Virus record (IMG/VR): IMGVR_UViG_3300036774_000105
Span: 1-52,942 of that record
Length of the DNA stretch: 52,942 nt
Strand: one strand, 5' to 3'
DNA from: a virus
Lineage: Duplodnaviria; Caudoviricetes
The notes beneath the pieces are model-generated. The model had not been told where the DNA came from. It saw only the letters and a list, made by a program, of their open reading frames with translations, and did not search any database. Both the position numbers and the translations under genes were made by a program. Of the stretch, positions 1 to 9,512 are shown piece by piece. Each line of letters opens with the position of its first letter. Position 1 is the stretch's first letter.

Positions 1-694
1 CATCCGCTATTGGTTTGAGATTAATATGAAAGTTTTCAAAAAAAGCCTTGAGTGTGTCCCACGCTATTTTTCCAATCTCTATGCCAAGGGCGATGATTTG
101 TTTTACAATTGGAATTATGAAATCCAGAAGGGTATTAAGCTGGGGGGTTATCCAATCCACTATTCTCCCCAAAACAGAAAAAAGGAATGTCGAAACAACG
201 GCCAGCTTCGCTATAAACAGGTTGATGGTATCCATAAAGGATTGACCGAAAAGCCCTTTAAATCGGAAAAATACTTTCTCTACCAATTCTCTCAATATTC
301 CATAAAATATTTTCACGAGACTTACCGCTACTGTGAAAATGCTGACGAGGATACTTCCCCATTTCACAAATGTGGCCCGGTTGTCTCTCACCCAGTCCAG
401 GAGCCCCTGCAGCAGCGGTAGCAAGGCTTTGCGAAGGGGCCAGAAAAAGTTTTTAAAGAAAATATCAGATGCCAGGGTGAACACCTTGCCGATCTCGGGG
501 GCTCCTGCCTTGAACTTGTTCCAAAGCAACTGGACGCCCTTGACCGCGACACCAAGCAGGAGAAGTTTCTTTACAATCTGGCCCGCAACCGCGGTGACCT
601 TCCCTGTCAGCCCATCCAGGGCCTTGAGGTTGGATTTCATCCCTTTTTCGAATGGAGCGGGATCGTAGGGAAGGGTGATCGTATCATCAGGCAT
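1..694 (-). CDS. Tape measure protein, N-terminal part (runs off the window)
   Basis: Not in the ORF track. Translated by hand from ATG 694: MPDDTITLPYDPAPFEKGMKSNLKALDGLTG..., open to base 1. Amphipathic helical, W/F-rich, directly after the tail chaperone genes. Confidence 0.75.
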   Translation of the reverse strand, partial: MPDDTITLPYDPAPFEKGMKSNLKALDGLTGKVTAVAGQIVKKLLLLGVAVKGVQLLWNKFKAGAPEIGKVFTLASDIFFKNFFWPLRKALLPLLQGLLDWVRDNRATFVKWGSILVSIFTVAVSLVKIFYGILRELVEKVFFRFKGLFGQSFMDTINLFIAKLAVVSTFLFSVLGRIVDWITPQLNTLLDFIIPIVKQIIALGIEIGKIAWDTLKAFFENFHINLKPIAD

Positions 695-944
695 CGATGA
701 CTTCCTCGTTTTCCTTCTTAGGCTGCAGGCTATTGTACTTCTGTATTGTCCAGTCGTACAGGCGCACGCTCATCCCCCCCAGATCAGCCAGGCCGACCGC
801 ACCCGATGTTCCTGCTCCCATGACCAGGGCCGTTTGCACGACCTCCTCCCAGTTTATGTCGATCTCATCGGCGCTCGCGGCGAGCCAGAAGCCCGGCTCC
901 CAGGGGGGTGGCTTTACTGCTCCCCGAGAGCGGAGACGAAAAAA
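687..944 (-). CDS. Tail assembly chaperone GT extension, reached by -1 frameshift
   Basis: The -1 frame ORF (687..983) overlaps the chaperone 3' end at the slippery heptamer T TTT TTC and ends overlapping the tape measure start. Confidence 0.65.
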   Translation of the reverse strand, partial: FFRLRSRGAVKPPPWEPGFWLAASADEIDINWEEVVQTALVMGAGTSGAVGLADLGGMSVRLYDWTIQKYNSLQPKKENEEVIDA

Positions 945-1708
945 CCGCTTGTGCTGACGGACGCTGGCCAGACTTTCCCGCACTCCGCGCAGTGCTTCTC
1001 CAGGGTGCGCTGCAGCCCCACGGAAAGAATCTGTTCCGCGATTGCATTCACATCCTCGAGCATCATTTTCCCGAAAGCCCAGGCCCCGTACTGGCGTTTG
1101 AACTTGTCATCCACCGGCTTGGAATTGATCGAAATAAGGGCGTTTGCATAGGCGCCGTACTGTTGGCGTATCCTGTCTTTCCCTGAAGCGCCGAATGCCT
1201 GAATGTAATCCCGAAGGGTGGGATGATGAAGGCTCACCGACTCAATGCAGAGTAGCTCCTCTTTCGTTGCCCTGTTTGTAACGGAGACCGATGCGACAAG
1301 CGTCCGTTCCACAACGGGATCCGGCTCGCTTTCTATCACCTCCAAATCTTCAAGGCTGTCAGCCTGGTCTCCCTCGCACACAAGCGCCTTTCCGCAGCGG
1401 GGACATTTGTAGTAGCCCTCCAGAAGGTCGTTCCCACCCTGGCCCAATGCCATAAGGGATACGTGATCAGTGTTGCCCGCGGGCATCTCGCGTAGGATGT
1501 TTTTGATCTGCCCTTTGTCCGTTTCCACCTTCCCGGATGCGGATGTTATGGTACGCACCACCCCGGCAAGAAAGGTCAACACCGTGGAGAAAAAATCCCC
1601 CGTGTCGGCAATGGCTCGCGCGTCTGCCATCACTTCCACGGAGGGCTTTCCGTATTCGACTTCAACCCATGTCTCACCCGACCAGGTGAATGGTATTGAC
1701 AGCTTCAC
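914..1708 (-). CDS. Tail assembly chaperone (G-like) with two CxxC motifs
   Basis: Lies between tube and tape measure; CPRC and CAEC motifs; slippery site near the 3' end. Confidence 0.7.
   Translation of the reverse strand: MKLSIPFTWSGETWVEVEYGKPSVEVMADARAIADTGDFFSTVLTFLAGVVRTITSASGKVETDKGQIKNILREMPAGNTDHVSLMALGQGGNDLLEGYYKCPRCGKALVCEGDQADSLEDLEVIESEPDPVVERTLVASVSVTNRATKEELLCIESVSLHHPTLRDYIQAFGASGKDRIRQQYGAYANALISINSKPVDDKFKRQYGAWAFGKMMLEDVNAIAEQILSVGLQRTLEKHCAECGKVWPASVSTSGFFVSALGEQ
938..944 (-). promoter_or_regulatory. -1 ribosomal frameshift slippery site T TTT TTC
   Basis: Frame 0 reads GGT TTT TTC GTC and the -1 frame reads CGG TTT TTT CGT, the canonical X XXY YYZ pattern at the canonical G/GT location. 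Confidence 0.7.
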
Positions 1709-2134
1709 TCATGCCTCCGCTGCCAGTGGAATGATTTCCCACGGCGTAAAAATGCATGTGACCTTTGCATAGGTGGGGTTTGCCAGATCCGTCTCGGGAT
1801 CGGTCATGTCGATGCACTCGCAATCCTGATACATGGTGCGGGCAAACTCCACGCCGCTTGCATCACACCTCACCCGCATTGCTGTATGCACTTCTCCGTT
1901 GAGAAAGAAGCTTTGCAGAAATGCCAGGATCGGGCTGTTCTTCTGGAAGGAGTACACCATGGTGATGTCGGAAAAGGAGATCACCCCATCCCTGATGCGA
2001 CGTTTTCTCCTGAACTCAGGGACCTCCACGACGCCCGTGGAGTATTTCGTTTCGCTCACCGACACGATGCCCGCATACTCCCTTCCATCCCAGGTGATGC
2101 GTACCTTCTCTACGAGATCATTTCTTTGCGCCAC
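1709..2134 (-). CDS. Tail tube protein
   Basis: 141 aa, beta-rich, immediately downstream of the sheath. Confidence 0.7.
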   Translation of the reverse strand: MAQRNDLVEKVRITWDGREYAGIVSVSETKYSTGVVEVPEFRRKRRIRDGVISFSDITMVYSFQKNSPILAFLQSFFLNGEVHTAMRVRCDASGVEFARTMYQDCECIDMTDPETDLANPTYAKVTCIFTPWEIIPLAAEA

Positions 2135-2147
2135 GGATGTTCCTCCT

Positions 2148-4019
2148 TTACGCCGACTTCAGTAGGATGCCCACGCCGATCCTGATGGACTGCCCGGGGG
2201 CGGGATAGGTGAAGTAGACGTCAAGATTTCGGTTTCCCAGCTGCAGCTGGTCGATGGGGTTATTGATGGTATCGGCCTTGACCTCGAAATGATCCTCTGG
2301 CTTTGTCATCGTTCCATCAGCAGCCATCCACTGGCCGAATGTTTCCCCCACGGGTGCATTACCCGTGCTGCCCTGATTCCAGAGCCTGTAGAGGAATGCA
2401 AGAATTGCCATCTTGTCCTCGCGCACTCTGTTCAGGCTGTTCGGGGTATTTTCGCTGGACTGGAGACTCTGCACCGCGCTGTTCTTTATGAACTCCCGCA
2501 TCAGCAGGCCGTTGAAGAAAATGAACTCCAGCGATGTCGAGGGGGTGACCGCGTTGCGCGGTATGATCCCGAGCCCGGGCATATTCTGAATCACGTTCAT
2601 CCCCGTGTTCAGAATGTCGGTTCTATCCCCGTCCAGAAGTGTCGGGTCTCCACCTACGGGGCAGAGCACATCGTTGCATCCATAGAGGGGCTGGCTTTTC
2701 TGCGCTGGGGCGTAGTGGATGCCCAACAGGTTGATGCACCGCAGAATGTATCCCATCATATGGCCCACGTTCGGAACGTTCCGGTAGGGAGCGTTTGTGC
2801 TCTTGGCGAAGGGGTCCACCGTCACCAGCCACTTGTCCCAGCCCACCATCAGGACATCGTCCGTGCGCTGGTAGGTTCCTCCGTTGACCATGCACTGGCT
2901 TTTCGTCTGCGCGGAGGGGAAGTTGATGATGACCTTCGGGTTGTCCGTCCTGCCTCTGCAGTAGGTTTCCATGGCCTTGTGGGCGGTGACGTCCGTTGTC
3001 TCGGGGTTCGCAAGAAGGCGGATGGGCAGCGCATTGAAGTATGCGTAGTCAGAGGCGAATTCCGCCGCCGCGTTGGCCGCGCAGGTTCCATCAGACCCGT
3101 TTACCGGATATGTGATCGTTGCCTGCGTTGCCGGGAAATCCAGGTTCGGAGTCGCGGGTGTAGTCGAGGCCCGAACGATGTTCCACCACTTGCTCTTTGA
3201 GAAAACGTTCAGCACGTAGAAATCAGAGCATGCCGCATAAGGCGAGCACCAGACCTTTCCAAGGTCGACGTCGACCTCCGTCGCGGTCCCCACCAGATCC
3301 TTGCGCCAGGTATGAAGCTGGAATCCCAGGGCTGTCACCACATCGCCGATGACCGCAAACGCTGGGGTGGTAGCTCCGGCGAAATTGAGCCTGCCTGCCA
3401 CGTAGTCGATACTTGTGACCAGGCGATAGATGGTACCGGGGGTGCCGCCGTTGAAAATCATCTTGATGCAGTCCCCGACGCGGAAGGCCCCGGGGTTTGC
3501 AACAGTGACCCAGGTGTCGGACACCGATCCGCCAACGGTTGCCGTGGTGTTAACCCGGTCTCCAAAGAGAATTGTGTAGCCCGTCCTGTTGCCATTGAGC
3601 CCATAGCCCACGATGCCCGGGTACTGAGAATCGTTGTACCCGTCCGTCAGGGTCAGCAATGTCACGGGCGTCAGGTTTTGAATGATCTGGCTCGCGCTCA
3701 CTGGCGAGACGCTATTGACATGGCTCATGAAGTAGAGTTTCGCGGGAACGCCTGCCGCGTTGGCAAAGAACCCGTTGATCGCATCCCACCCGAACCCAGC
3801 GCCCGTCAGGGTGGCAAGGGAAGCGTTGGGCGTGACAACCTGCGCCCCGCAGATCGCCGCCACATCGTTGGGGGACTGCGCGACGAAGACTTGCTTGAAC
3901 ATGCGTTCCAAGGCACAGATCATCCCGCCGATCGTAAAATCGGCCGGGCTGACGGATCGCGATTTCTTTGTGGGCAGGTTCGCCCCGAAGACGCCTACCT
4001 GTCTGTTGAAGGTAGCCAT
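2148..4019 (-). CDS. Contractile tail sheath protein
   Basis: 623 aa with a sheath-like C-terminus (HFEVKADTINNPIDQLQLGNRNLDVYFTYPAPGQSIRI), upstream of the tube. Confidence 0.8.
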   Translation of the reverse strand: MATFNRQVGVFGANLPTKKSRSVSPADFTIGGMICALERMFKQVFVAQSPNDVAAICGAQVVTPNASLATLTGAGFGWDAINGFFANAAGVPAKLYFMSHVNSVSPVSASQIIQNLTPVTLLTLTDGYNDSQYPGIVGYGLNGNRTGYTILFGDRVNTTATVGGSVSDTWVTVANPGAFRVGDCIKMIFNGGTPGTIYRLVTSIDYVAGRLNFAGATTPAFAVIGDVVTALGFQLHTWRKDLVGTATEVDVDLGKVWCSPYAACSDFYVLNVFSKSKWWNIVRASTTPATPNLDFPATQATITYPVNGSDGTCAANAAAEFASDYAYFNALPIRLLANPETTDVTAHKAMETYCRGRTDNPKVIINFPSAQTKSQCMVNGGTYQRTDDVLMVGWDKWLVTVDPFAKSTNAPYRNVPNVGHMMGYILRCINLLGIHYAPAQKSQPLYGCNDVLCPVGGDPTLLDGDRTDILNTGMNVIQNMPGLGIIPRNAVTPSTSLEFIFFNGLLMREFIKNSAVQSLQSSENTPNSLNRVREDKMAILAFLYRLWNQGSTGNAPVGETFGQWMAADGTMTKPEDHFEVKADTINNPIDQLQLGNRNLDVYFTYPAPGQSIRIGVGILLKSA

Positions 4020-4020
4020 T

Positions 4021-4260
4021 TTATTTCACCTCCTCTACGTAGTAGAACCCGATTTGAGACTGAATAGCTTCAGACTTCAGTTCCGCCTCGGTCACTTCCT
4101 GGACGCTCCCCGGGGTTCCCGCGTTCGTGAAAATGATAACCCGGTGGGGAAGGTGCAGCTGGTGCCCACGGTCCTGCTGGAAGTGAAGACGAAACCGCCT
4201 TTCCTTCGCCGCAGGGTATGCGGTTCCCTGGTCATCTCCAACCCTGTCTGCCTTTGCCAT
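4021..4260 (-). CDS. Small hypothetical tail-region protein (79 aa)
   Basis: ATG 4260 (MAKADRVG...) overlaps the upstream TGA; fills the gap before the sheath. Confidence 0.55.
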   Translation of the reverse strand: MAKADRVGDDQGTAYPAAKERRFRLHFQQDRGHQLHLPHRVIIFTNAGTPGSVQEVTEAELKSEAIQSQIGFYYVEEVK

Positions 4261-5486
4261 CACGGTCCTCCTGGCGGGACAGTATCGCCCGCCGCTGGTG
4301 AAAGGATATGCATGACGAGATTGTACGCCGTGTACTTCGGAAGCACAACACGCGCCCACGGCGTTTCGCGTACTTCAATTTCAAGAGTGTGTTGAGTCTT
4401 TGGAAGGGTTTCGTTCACGATCTCAGGGTCTATTTCCACAGGGGGAATGTCCCATAGAAAATCATGCTTTCGCGCGTTGATCCAGACATAACCTCTGGCC
4501 ATGAATGAGCGCACAACCCTATTGAGTCTTGCCAGGGTTTCATAATGCTGGGCCTCGCAATCGATCAACACAGGGTAGCGCAGGTTCTGTTCTTCCTGGC
4601 GGTTGGAAAATGGACCGGCGACATCAAAGGTGTCGTAGGTATCAGAGACCTCCGCCCTGCGCAGCACATGCTCGGGCTGCATTCCCTGCAGCGCAATGCT
4701 GGGCTGGATAAGGTCTGTTTCTCCAAGGGTAATCGTCACGGGGAAAAGAACCACTACGGTATCGCCCGCATGATTGTTCACGAGGAGGGGCCCGCTCCAG
4801 GATGTTAGGAATGTCATCACTCCCGTGACAGGGTCCCATTCATCGACGATGTGCGATTCGACCGTTCCCCCGAATTGCACCAGCGCATAGCGAGCGATGA
4901 AATCATGGTTTCCCGTGAGCACGCAGCTGGAGGCGCCCGCGGTTCCCGTCACCGTGTCTCCTGTTGCGAATCCGGTAGGGTATTGCGCCGCGGCTACCAG
5001 AGCAAGCTCCGTCGAAAGGCCGTTAAGGATGTCCAGCGGGTATTCATCGACCACCGCGTTCATGGCGGACAGAATCAGGTAGTCCTCCTGGTTATGAAGG
5101 ACCGTAAAAATGATGGTCGTTACCGTGGTGATGCCATAGGAGTTATTGATCGTCACGTCCCCGAAAGGACGGAAGGTCGGGATGTAGTACGCGTGCGCTC
5201 CATTGTCAAAGCTCACCTGGTAGGAGAAGTCCGTTGACAACTCAAAATACCTGCCCCACATATTGCGCGACCAGAGCGAGAACACGAAATCACATGCCGC
5301 CGGCACCGTGATGCTTACGGTTTTCTTGAATGTGAGTCCTTGGCTGCCTTGCGGAACCTTAAAGACCAGGCTGGATGTCAGGTGATCGGCTATGAACTCG
5401 GGCTGCAGGTTCTGCGCGTAGACGGATATCGATCCTCCCATGGTCCACCCGCCTACGGTTGTGAAGGGCTCGATCAGGGTTTTCAT
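4260..5486 (-). CDS. Putative tail terminator/neck protein with extra N-terminal beta domains
   Basis: 408 aa between neck genes and sheath; Thr/Gly/Val-rich; start and stop coupled to neighbours. Confidence 0.5.
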   Translation of the reverse strand: MKTLIEPFTTVGGWTMGGSISVYAQNLQPEFIADHLTSSLVFKVPQGSQGLTFKKTVSITVPAACDFVFSLWSRNMWGRYFELSTDFSYQVSFDNGAHAYYIPTFRPFGDVTINNSYGITTVTTIIFTVLHNQEDYLILSAMNAVVDEYPLDILNGLSTELALVAAAQYPTGFATGDTVTGTAGASSCVLTGNHDFIARYALVQFGGTVESHIVDEWDPVTGVMTFLTSWSGPLLVNNHAGDTVVVLFPVTITLGETDLIQPSIALQGMQPEHVLRRAEVSDTYDTFDVAGPFSNRQEEQNLRYPVLIDCEAQHYETLARLNRVVRSFMARGYVWINARKHDFLWDIPPVEIDPEIVNETLPKTQHTLEIEVRETPWARVVLPKYTAYNLVMHILSPAAGDTVPPGGP

Positions 5487-6130
5487 CCCGCCGCGCTCCC
5501 CTGGAAATGATAGAAGCCGCGCTCCAGCTTCTTCTTGATACGCGCCAAGGCTTCCACGTTCCCTTTTTCCACGTACTTGGCGATAGCGTTTCGGATGGCC
5601 AGGGTGGGATCATCCTTTGAACGCTGGGCCATGTACTTTCGATATGCGTAGCGCAACGCGGGACGCGCGGGGATCCGGATAGGTATGCCCCTCCCGAAAC
5701 CGTTTGAGATGTTCACCCCGTATTCGTGAATGTCGAAAAGCTGCTTGAGCGTCAGCCTCTTCTTTTTCGGATCATCCGGGTCCTGGCGGTGGAGTCCTCT
5801 TTTCGGCTTGACCACCCATGCCCGATTCCCCTTGTCGATCACCTCGAGCATATTGATGTATGTTCTCGGGTTATCCAGGCCAATGCCGTACAATGGATTC
5901 CTGGGGAGAGCCCACCCCTTTTTCTTCTTCGCCTTGACTGTGGCGGGCCTCAGTGGTTTCAGCCGCAATGTCTTGTCTTTCAACCCGTCCTGGAAATACT
6001 TGATGATCCCTTTGGCATCGCGCTTCGCATGCGCCTTGAGCATCCCGATGGTAAGAACGGGCAGGCGTTGGATACGCTTGCGGACCGCCCAGTACCGAGG
6101 GGAAAACTTTGCACGCACTACGGGTGCCAT
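5483..6130 (-). CDS. Virion morphogenesis/tail completion protein (Mu gpG / HK97 gp10-like)
   Basis: Basic protein with IHEYG...IPARP motif; neck-region position. Confidence 0.6.
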   Translation of the reverse strand: MAPVVRAKFSPRYWAVRKRIQRLPVLTIGMLKAHAKRDAKGIIKYFQDGLKDKTLRLKPLRPATVKAKKKKGWALPRNPLYGIGLDNPRTYINMLEVIDKGNRAWVVKPKRGLHRQDPDDPKKKRLTLKQLFDIHEYGVNISNGFGRGIPIRIPARPALRYAYRKYMAQRSKDDPTLAIRNAIAKYVEKGNVEALARIKKKLERGFYHFQGSAAG

Positions 6131-6583
6131 CTACATATGCTCCAGGCCGAGAACCATGTACGCTTCCTGATTCCCATATTCGTTTTGATGCGCCCTGTCC
6201 TTGATTTTCCACTGGCGCCCATCGGCGGTCACGGTGCAGCGTTCCAGATCGAACGTCCCCGGGTCAATGCTTTGATCCGTCCAATCCTTCATTGCCGTCC
6301 AGATTATCAGGTCGACATGTTCTTTCATCCCCGCTTTCTCCAGCTGGCGTTGGCTGGGCTGGTGCTGGTAGGGATATGCCCCGATTGTAAAACTCTTTGC
6401 CGGGGTAGACAGGGCCTTGATCGAACCGTAGAGATCGCGCCGGAGGTTCGCTTCCCCTCGAATGTTTATTGTCACGGGCATCCCTATCGCGTTGGAGCCA
6501 GTCGTGAGCATCTGCTGGATGTCCAGCAGCATATCGGCTTGCTCTTTCAAAACGCCCGGGTTCGCTCCAGGTCCGTACACCAT
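6131..6583 (-). CDS. Putative head closure protein
   Basis: 150 aa following the adaptor; C-terminal DGRQWKI beta pattern. Confidence 0.5.
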   Translation of the reverse strand: MVYGPGANPGVLKEQADMLLDIQQMLTTGSNAIGMPVTINIRGEANLRRDLYGSIKALSTPAKSFTIGAYPYQHQPSQRQLEKAGMKEHVDLIIWTAMKDWTDQSIDPGTFDLERCTVTADGRQWKIKDRAHQNEYGNQEAYMVLGLEHM

Positions 6584-6584
6584 G

Positions 6585-7421
6585 CTATGCCTGCGTCACG
6601 CCGGTAAGGTAGCGGCGAATGGTGGCGACGATCTGACGGTTCAGATCGACGCGAATGTCATTGTACTTCCCCAGGGGGCCATAGTTTCTGCTGAATGCCT
6701 GAACGGATAGAGACCCGCCTCCTGTTCGAGCCCCGATCTGGACAAGCGCCTTCTCCGCCATACCACAGGTGATGATATGGGCGATATCGTCAGGGTAGTC
6801 CGTTCCTCCAAAGGTGTACTCGACACGAAGGTTGCGCTCCCCCCTTGCAAAGACGGGGGTGTAGTTCGCCTCATTGAAATTCGCCTTCGCCTTCAGAATG
6901 CCCTCGTCGTTTATTGTCTGTATCGAGAGGGGACTGATGAAATACTGGTTTGCCACAACGTTCGTATAGCTGATTGCCACAACCGCGACAATCGGCCGGT
7001 GCTTCAGAATAAGAATGCTTGACCCGTCCCCGCTGTAGTATTCGGTGACATCCTGGACCCCCTGGTAGGTCATCTTTATTTTCGCGCAGATCCAGGGGAT
7101 CACGAATCTGTCCCGCATTTTCCCCAACCACCCCTCAGAAAGCGATGCCCATGCGGTGAAGGTAAGGGCGACCATGGACCCATTGGCTGTCGCGGGAGCG
7201 CTGATTGTGATCGTGGTGGCGCCCACGATAGTCACGTATGCGCCGATCGGAATCCCCACACCCGAAATGCCCATCAGCCTGACGATCCCCGTCATGGAGC
7301 CCAGCGTGTTAATGACGTTCGATCCTATGGCCGTGGTGCCCGTTGTGGAGACGACCGTCTTCACATCAAGGTTGTAGCCTTCCAGAAGATCGTAGACGTC
7401 CTGGGCCACGGGTACCGGCAT
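6585..7421 (-). CDS. Head-tail adaptor with inserted beta domain
   Basis: EYYSGDG...LKHRPIVAV...NLRVEYTFGG..YPDDI adaptor-like pattern; position after head genes. Confidence 0.6.
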   Translation of the reverse strand: MPVPVAQDVYDLLEGYNLDVKTVVSTTGTTAIGSNVINTLGSMTGIVRLMGISGVGIPIGAYVTIVGATTITISAPATANGSMVALTFTAWASLSEGWLGKMRDRFVIPWICAKIKMTYQGVQDVTEYYSGDGSSILILKHRPIVAVVAISYTNVVANQYFISPLSIQTINDEGILKAKANFNEANYTPVFARGERNLRVEYTFGGTDYPDDIAHIITCGMAEKALVQIGARTGGGSLSVQAFSRNYGPLGKYNDIRVDLNRQIVATIRRYLTGVTQA

Positions 7422-8069
7422 TCAGAACCCCAGCGCACCCGGGGGAACAATGGAAAAGGCAAGCTCCACATAGAAGTTGATCACCCCTGCGGCGCCCAGC
7501 GCGGTGATCAGGTTGATGACGAGCCCCTCAGCAAGGGCCGCGCTTTGTGCTGGCATCAGAACAAGCACGCCCTCATGTTCGACATCGAATTGGATTGGGT
7601 CTATTGGAACGCCCACCGAGGACAACACGCCCCGCAGCGCCAGAGGATCGGTTGCCAGGGTCCTTGTTCCTACGGTCAATCCGCCCGCACCGGATCCGGC
7701 CGTGATCCGTAGATCGTAATCCGTCCCCGCCACGAATTGCGCTGGCGCGGCGCCCATGACCGGGAATCCCGTTTTTTTCGGCGTCGGGACAATAACACTT
7801 CCCGCCGAATCAGAGGCGCTGAATGCGCTTGCCTTCTTGACTTCGAAGTCGACCGGCTGAGCCGCGGTGAATGGGGTAGTGGTGATCTCATTCAGCTTGA
7901 TGGAATGAAAGATCAAAGCGTAGAGAAGATTCATCCATCGAAACGACAGAAAGGGAACCCCGGCGGTGCTGCCCGTGAGTCCTGTCACCATCTTTGCTGC
8001 CCTGTAATGTCCCCCGTTGAGACCGCCAGGCCCCGTTGTCTCGGGCGGGCTAAGTGCTCCAGCTTTCAT
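7422..8069 (-). CDS. Putative virion structural protein
   Basis: 215 aa, Ala/Gly/Thr-rich, within the head-neck cluster. Confidence 0.5.
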   Translation of the reverse strand: MKAGALSPPETTGPGGLNGGHYRAAKMVTGLTGSTAGVPFLSFRWMNLLYALIFHSIKLNEITTTPFTAAQPVDFEVKKASAFSASDSAGSVIVPTPKKTGFPVMGAAPAQFVAGTDYDLRITAGSGAGGLTVGTRTLATDPLALRGVLSSVGVPIDPIQFDVEHEGVLVLMPAQSAALAEGLVINLITALGAAGVINFYVELAFSIVPPGALGF

Positions 8070-8079
8070 TCATGCCTCC

Positions 8080-8511
8080 CTATGAACGGAGAATTGCCAG
8101 GTACACAATACCCCGGTCAGCGGCTCCGTTTGTGACGATGTTCAAGGTTTCACCCTGGACAATTGTTTTCTGCGCTTGCACATCGCTTGTGGAATGCGCC
8201 AGGGCATCAACGACCGCCATGACGATTGCGGAAGTCAGGGCCGTGGTAACGCGCCGGAGTGTTGCGGTGCCAGAACCGCTGGCAGCCGTTCCTACAGCCC
8301 AGGCGTCGACCAGTTCCCCCGAGACCTCCGCAAGGAATGCAAGGGCTGTCACGTTTGCAGCTGCACTGATGACGATCTTCTGGATATAAAGCGACCGTTG
8401 TTCAATGGCCTGGAATCTGCTCCCCAGCCGGGGGTTCTGTGCCCCGGGCTGGGAATTGTCCAAGGCCGCGGCCTCGTTATCCAGAAGCGTTGCAGGAGGA
8501 ATGAGGTTCAT
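8080..8511 (-). CDS. Putative capsid decoration protein, paralog B
   Basis: Aligns end to end with 8526..8954 (AEVSGELVDAWA, SGTATLRR, IVQGETLN). Confidence 0.55.
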   Translation of the reverse strand: MNLIPPATLLDNEAAALDNSQPGAQNPRLGSRFQAIEQRSLYIQKIVISAAANVTALAFLAEVSGELVDAWAVGTAASGSGTATLRRVTTALTSAIVMAVVDALAHSTSDVQAQKTIVQGETLNIVTNGAADRGIVYLAILRS

Positions 8512-8525
8512 TGCGTCCCCCTTCC

Positions 8526-8954
8526 CTATGTCCGCAGGATTTCGATGAACAGGATGAAACGGTCAAGCGCGCCGTTGGCCTTTGCGTTCAGCGTCTCACC
8601 CTGCACGATGGCTTTCGAAGCCTGAACGAGCGACGTTGTCCTTGCCAGAACATCACCAACCGCAGCGACAATCGCCGATGTGATTGCGGTCGTGGACCGT
8701 CTCAGGGTTGCGGTGCCAGAGGCATTGGATGTAGTGCATATTGCCCATGCGTCGACCAACTCTCCGCTCACCTCGGCAACAAAGTTTTGCCCGCCCGAAG
8801 CGTCGGCGGCGACTACGACCTTCTGGATATAGGTGGACCGCTGCTCGCAGACCTGGAGTCTGCTTCCCATTTTCGGGTTCTGATGGCCGGGCATCAAGTT
8901 GTCAAGCGCTGCCGCCTCGGAATCTTGAAGTGTTGCAGCAGGATAAAGATTCAT
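8526..8954 (-). CDS. Putative capsid decoration protein, paralog A
   Basis: Tandem paralog of 8080..8511, downstream of the major capsid gene. Confidence 0.55.
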   Translation of the reverse strand: MNLYPAATLQDSEAAALDNLMPGHQNPKMGSRLQVCEQRSTYIQKVVVAADASGGQNFVAEVSGELVDAWAICTTSNASGTATLRRSTTAITSAIVAAVGDVLARTTSLVQASKAIVQGETLNAKANGALDRFILFIEILRT

Positions 8955-9508
8955 ATGCCCATCTCCTTTTCAAGGTCGTGGGGGTTCATCACCAGGTAAC
9001 CCGAGGAGGCCAGGGCGCTTACGACCGCCGGGTCATCGCTCTCGACGATCCCCGCCTCGATATGCACCGGAGTGCCATCATCGCCCACCTTGATATCGGC
9101 GGTGATCGCATTGTCCGGGGTGTAGTCGGGATGCTGAAGGCGGATGGGGATGGAGAACTTCTTTGGAGCCGCCTTCATTCCCTGGACATCTTTCACCTCG
9201 CCCTCTTCTTCTTCCACGGTATCAAGGACTGAGAATCCAGCCGCTTTCAGTCTTTCGACCACGGCTTCTTGCTCGGGTCCGCCGGGGATTTCGTAGATCC
9301 CGAACTTCACGTTGATCGAATGCTGCTTGCCCTCGGAATCGAAGAATGCGCAATTCGACTCCTCATAAGCAGCGACTCGCTTCAGAATCATTCGGACCTT
9401 CATGTCCTGTTCCCCTTTCTTTTTCGTCGCTCGCTTGACAGGAGAAGCCGGAGCGGAGGGCTCCGGCTTTTCTTTTCTGTCAAACTCCCTGCTTGTCAGT
9501 ATAGCCAT
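8951..9508 (-). CDS. Hypothetical head-region protein
   Basis: 185 aa, tightly packed after the MCP; the two halves end in similar motifs (AVVERLKAAGFSV / AVVSALASSGYLV). Confidence 0.55.
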   Translation of the reverse strand: MAILTSREFDRKEKPEPSAPASPVKRATKKKGEQDMKVRMILKRVAAYEESNCAFFDSEGKQHSINVKFGIYEIPGGPEQEAVVERLKAAGFSVLDTVEEEEGEVKDVQGMKAAPKKFSIPIRLQHPDYTPDNAITADIKVGDDGTPVHIEAGIVESDDPAVVSALASSGYLVMNPHDLEKEMGI

Positions 9509-9512
9509 TCGG

